NCBI RefSeq assembly: GCF_902713615.1 | Contig: NC_052147.1 | Coordinates: 157,702,771 to 157,766,770, forward strand | Reading direction: 5' to 3' | Length of the DNA: 64,000 nt | DNA from: Scyliorhinus canicula | Lineage: Eukaryota | Shown: positions 60,100 to 64,000 of the stretch, in pieces | Position numbering within the stretch: position 1 is the stretch's first letter | How the letters are laid out: each line of letters opens with the position of its first letter | Notes under the pieces: generated by a model | The model's input: only the letters and a program-made list of their open reading frames with translations | Told to the model about the DNA's origin: nothing | The model's database searches: none | Program-made: the position numbers and the translations under genes

Positions 60100-60830
60100 C
60101 CAAGCCTGAGCCGACCATGCTGCCCATCTAAACTAAAACCTTCTACACTTCCTGGGTCCATATCCCTCTATTCCCATCCTATTCATGTATTTGTTCAGAT
60201 GCCCCTTAAACGTCACTATCGCCCCTGCTTCCACCACCTCCTCTGGCAGCGAGTTCCAGGCACCCACTACCCTCTGTGTAGAAAACTTGCCTCGTACATC
60301 TCTAAACCTTGCCCTCGCACCTTAAACCTATGCCCCCTAGTAATTGACCACTCTACCCTGGGGAAAAGCCTCTGACTATCCACTCTGTCTATGCCCCTCA
60401 TAATTTTGTAGACCTCTTATCAGGTCACCCCTCAACCTCCGTTGTTCCAGTGAGAACAAACCGAGTTTATTCAACCGCCCCTCATAGCTAATGCCCTCCA
60501 TACCAGGCAACATTCTGGTAAATCTCTTCTGCACCCTCTCTAAAGCTTCCACATCCTTCTGGTAGTGTGGCGGCCAGAATTGAACATTATACTCCAAGTT
60601 TGGCCTAGCTAAGGTTCTATACAGTTGCAACATGACTTGCCAATTCTTATACTCAATGCCCCGGCCAATGAAGGCAAGCATGCAGTATGCCTTCTTGACC
60701 CCCTTCTCCACCTGTGTTGCCCCTTACAGTGACCTGTGGACTTGTACACCTAGATCTCTCTGACTGTCAATACTCTTGAGGTTTCTACCATTCACTGTAT
60801 ATTCCCTACCTGCATTAGACCTTCCAAAAT
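60100..60830 (-). mobile_element. CR1 LINE 3' fragment
   Basis: ORF 60376-60711: LYRTLARPNLEYNVQFW and ERVQKRFTRMLPG. Confidence 0.88.
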
Positions 60831-61049
60831 GTCATTAGACCTTTCAAAATGTTAGCAAGAAAGGTAAAAAGGTACCACATCTAGCACTGGTTTATAAATG
60901 CACTGCACAGGCTGTGTGTAGTCTCTTCCGATGCTTACTCACCAAACTTATGGTCCTTCAGGAAAAAGAAAACACTGAAAGGCTTGTATTTCTGTCATAT
61001 GTTTCACTGTCTCCAGCTGTCCCAAAGTGGTTTATAATGACTGGAGCAC

Positions 61050-61330
61050 TGACGTGTAGCCACTCTTGTGGGAAATGCAGGAGTTATTTTACGCCAGATG
61101 CCACAAGCAGCAAAGTGATAATGGCCAGAGAATCTGATTTAGTGATATTGATTGACGGATAAATATTGACCACGATGCTGGGGAGACCGTCCCCTTTTCT
61201 TTGAAAGAGTGCCATGGGATATTTTACATCCTGTGAGAGGGGAGGTGGGAATTAGGTTTAGCACCTTACCTGAAGGATGGCACATCTGGCAATGCAGCTT
61301 CTGCACAGTGTCAGCCTAGATTTTTGTGTT
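61050..61330 (-). mobile_element. Ancient Deu-domain SINE (SacSINE1/AmnSINE1-like) remnant
   Basis: ggataaatattgaccacgatgctggggaga...gtgccatgggatattttacatcc resembles the Deu core as I recall it; not aligned to a consensus. Confidence 0.55.
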
Positions 61331-61339
61331 AGAACTACA

Positions 61340-61594
61340 GAATAAAATCCCTACAGTGCAGAAGGAGGCTATTCAGCCCATTGAGTCTGCACTGACCCTC
61401 TCAAAGAGAACTCTACCTTGCCCATTCCCTCGCCCTATCCCTGTAACACCACCTAACCTGCATATCCCTGGACACTAAGGGCAATTTATCGTGGCCCACC
61501 ACCTAGCCTGCATATCTTTGGACTGCGGGAGGAAACTGGAGCACCCGGAGGAAACCTACGCAGACACGGGGAGAATGTGCAAACTCCACACAGA
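61340..61594 (-). mobile_element. SINE (CR1-tailed), 5'-truncated
   Basis: Reverse complement of the core and tail. Confidence 0.78.
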
Positions 61595-62979
61595 TAAGTT
61601 CAAGTTTCAAGTGTGGGACTTGAACGTTCTGACTCAGGAGATGGGAGTGTGACTAAGTGAGACGCGGCTGAGACCAGAAAGATTCAGTTTCATTGTGAAG
61701 CCGGTAATAATCGATGAAACTGGCAGCCCAGTTTGCCAGGGTGCTGCCATTGGCAATTCCTAGGTACTGTGCCCCAATCCTAACTTCACCTCTTACCCTG
61801 CAACCAGCATAAATATATCTGATTTTCACAGAGCGAATTCTTCTACCTCTTGGAGTTAGACAATTGTTTTCATGCCGATTGCATCCACATCATGGGCAGA
61901 TTTGTGCTGTATAGTTGCACCTGATGTTGAGACAGCCCAAACTGATTTTAATTGAGATTGCAATGCAAAAAGGACCCTCATTGGTTGGTTGGGCTACATT
62001 TGAACTCCGCCCTAGTTTACATCAGGGAAAGTGCCGCCAGATTTCGCAGGCACTTTGTGGTGGCGAGGTTTCTGCCGGATTTGGATCCCAGAGCTACATG
62101 CTCTGTCTTCCAAGTGCAACGGAAACAGCAGCTTTCACACAGTGACAGCATCTGGTGTGTATTGAGCATGAGCAGGACGCACCAACATTTCCATTCTTGT
62201 GTTGGGCTGGTTCAGTCTAAAGAGGACGCAAGAAAACAACACAAAGCTGTGCAGCAAATCCCACTCTCCACTCCCCTTAAAGTGGGAGAGATCACTCCTT
62301 TTCTCTCAGAGACTCGGGAGTTCGGGAGGGTGAACTGAAGTCTTTGAGTGTGTGGACCACTCCCTACCCAGGATAGGAGGGGAGAACGTGACTGGTAAAT
62401 CATTCTGTCTCGTGTTCAGTTCCAGCTCACTGCTGATTTGAGTCCTCAAGGGAACATGTTTGGAGCCACCATCAGAGAGTGGGTAGTGTAGCACGGCACA
62501 GCTGGAGGAAGAAGCCTCCCATTGAATAACCCCAGAGCTAGACTGAACCATCCAGTCTGGGGAAAGCTGGGCCCAGTTCATTCATCTCAGCTGGACAGTG
62601 CAGTGACTCTGAATGCCCTTGGTTAATGGGGAGGGGTATTAAGTCAGTCAGAGCTACCATTCCTGACTGACTGCTGCACCCACATCAACAGCTACAGCAA
62701 CTTCAACACTCATCAGCTAAAGGTTCCATTCTGATGACCCTCAACATTGACTAGACTTTCTATCCAATCCCACATGTGGCGACTAGGGGCTTTTCACAGT
62801 AACTTCATTAAAGCCTATTCGTGACAATAAGCGATTTTCATTTTCATTTTTCATAAGTAGAATGGTAACTAAGGCGACAGCAGGATGTTGCCAACAAATT
62901 GGTGACGGGGCATTACTTTCTTGGAGGTAGTGGCTGAACACAGAATTTGCAAAGCCTCAAGAAAAGGATAATCCTAGGC

Positions 62980-63545
62980 AGGCAGGGGGTTTGGGTCTCC
63001 TGAACCTGATGTACTACTACTGGGCGGTGAATGTGGAGAAGGTCAGAGGGGTTAATTCCCAGTGGGTCAGAATGGAGGAGAGTTTGTGCAGGCGGTCGGG
63101 ACTGAAAGCACTAGCAACAGCGCCGCTCCCGATAGCTCCGGGGAAATACTCTGGGAGTCTGGTTATAATAGCTTCATTGAAAAGCTGGAGGCAGTTTCGC
63201 CAACACTTCAGGTTGGGGGCAGGGTCAAGGGAAATGCCGATTCGGGGGAACCACAGATTTGAGCCAGGGAGGTGGGATGGAAGTTTTCAGAAATGGGAAG
63301 AGAAGGGGATTAAGACGCTAAAATATTTCTTTCTTAGGGGTCAGTTTGCAGGATTGAGGGAGCTGGAAGCGAAGTATGGGCTGGAGCAGGGAGAAGTGTT
63401 TAGATATATGCAGGATCGGGACTTTGCCAGGAAGGAGATACAGAGCTTCCCGGAGGGACCGGCCTCCACATTGCTGGCGGAGGTGCAGACGACAAGGGGA
63501 CTGGAGAAGGGAGTAGTGTCAGCGGTGTATGGAAGAGGATAAGGC
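62980..63545 (+). mobile_element. L1-clade ORF2 fragment, related to 5995-8866
   Basis: GGLGLLNLMYYYWAVN and PIRGNHRFEPG, parallel to PIYGNHRFVPG at about 7425. Confidence 0.8.
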
Positions 63546-63548
63546 ACC

Positions 63549-64000
63549 ATAGAACATAGAACATAGAACATAGAACGATACAGCGCAGTACAGGCCCTTC
63601 GGCCCTCGATGTTGCACCGACATGGAAAAAAAAAAACTAAAGGCCATCTAACCTACACTATGCCCTTATCATCCATATGCTTATCCAATAAATTTTTAAA
63701 TGCCCTCAATGTTGGCGAGTTCACTACTGTTGCAGGTAGGGCATTCCACGGCCTACCACTCTTTGCGTAAAAAACCCACCTCTGACCTCTGTCCTATATC
63801 TATTACCCCTCAATTTAAGGCTATGTCCCCTCGTGCTAGTCACCTCCATCCGCGGGAGAAGGCTCTCGCTGTCCACCCTATCTAACCCTCTGATCATTTT
63901 GTATGCCTCTATTAAGTCACCTCTTAACCTTCTTCTCTCTAACGAAAACAACCTCAAGTCCATCAGCCTTTCCTCATAAGATTTTCCCTCCATACCAGGC
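63549..64000 (-). mobile_element. Young CR1 LINE 3' end (continues beyond the window), same subfamily as 21061
   Basis: (TTCTATG)n tail; SYEERLMDLRLFSLERRRLRGDLIEAYK. Confidence 0.9.

Overview
Eukaryotic, repeat-dense DNA. The repeat families and the gene point to a cartilaginous fish, probably a shark; the species cannot be fixed from the sequence alone. The window lies inside one + strand aryl hydrocarbon receptor gene of the fish AHR1 (ahr1b/AHR1x-like) type. Seven coding exons, equivalent to mammalian exons 4-10, were placed by hand at 3043-3132, 12014-12137, 16150-16280, 23538-23740, 27677-27786, 39938-40079 and 53638-55081. They join in frame and cover PAS-A, PAS-B and the transactivation domain. 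The bHLH exons must lie upstream and the last exon was not found. The intron after exon 5 uses a GC donor. The 4-14 kb introns are filled with nested transposons: many CR1 LINE pieces (one with a 643-aa intact RT ORF), two L1-type fragments, RTE and L2 relics, tRNA-derived SINEs with three different tails, a full-length but decayed Gypsy LTR element (42037-47356, GTGGA TSD), two PIF/Harbinger remnants, a family of Harbinger MITEs, and Penelope-type remnants. Two observations stand out. (1) The Gypsy element has no tRNA primer-binding site; instead it has a perfect 14-nt complement to its own LTR, suggesting self-priming, in an apparently non-chromovirus element with a YLDN-type RT motif. (2) Three minimal type-I hammerhead ribozyme motifs, one fully intact, lie on the sense strand of the AHR pre-mRNA. 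Most short ORFs in the supplied track are by-products of repeats.
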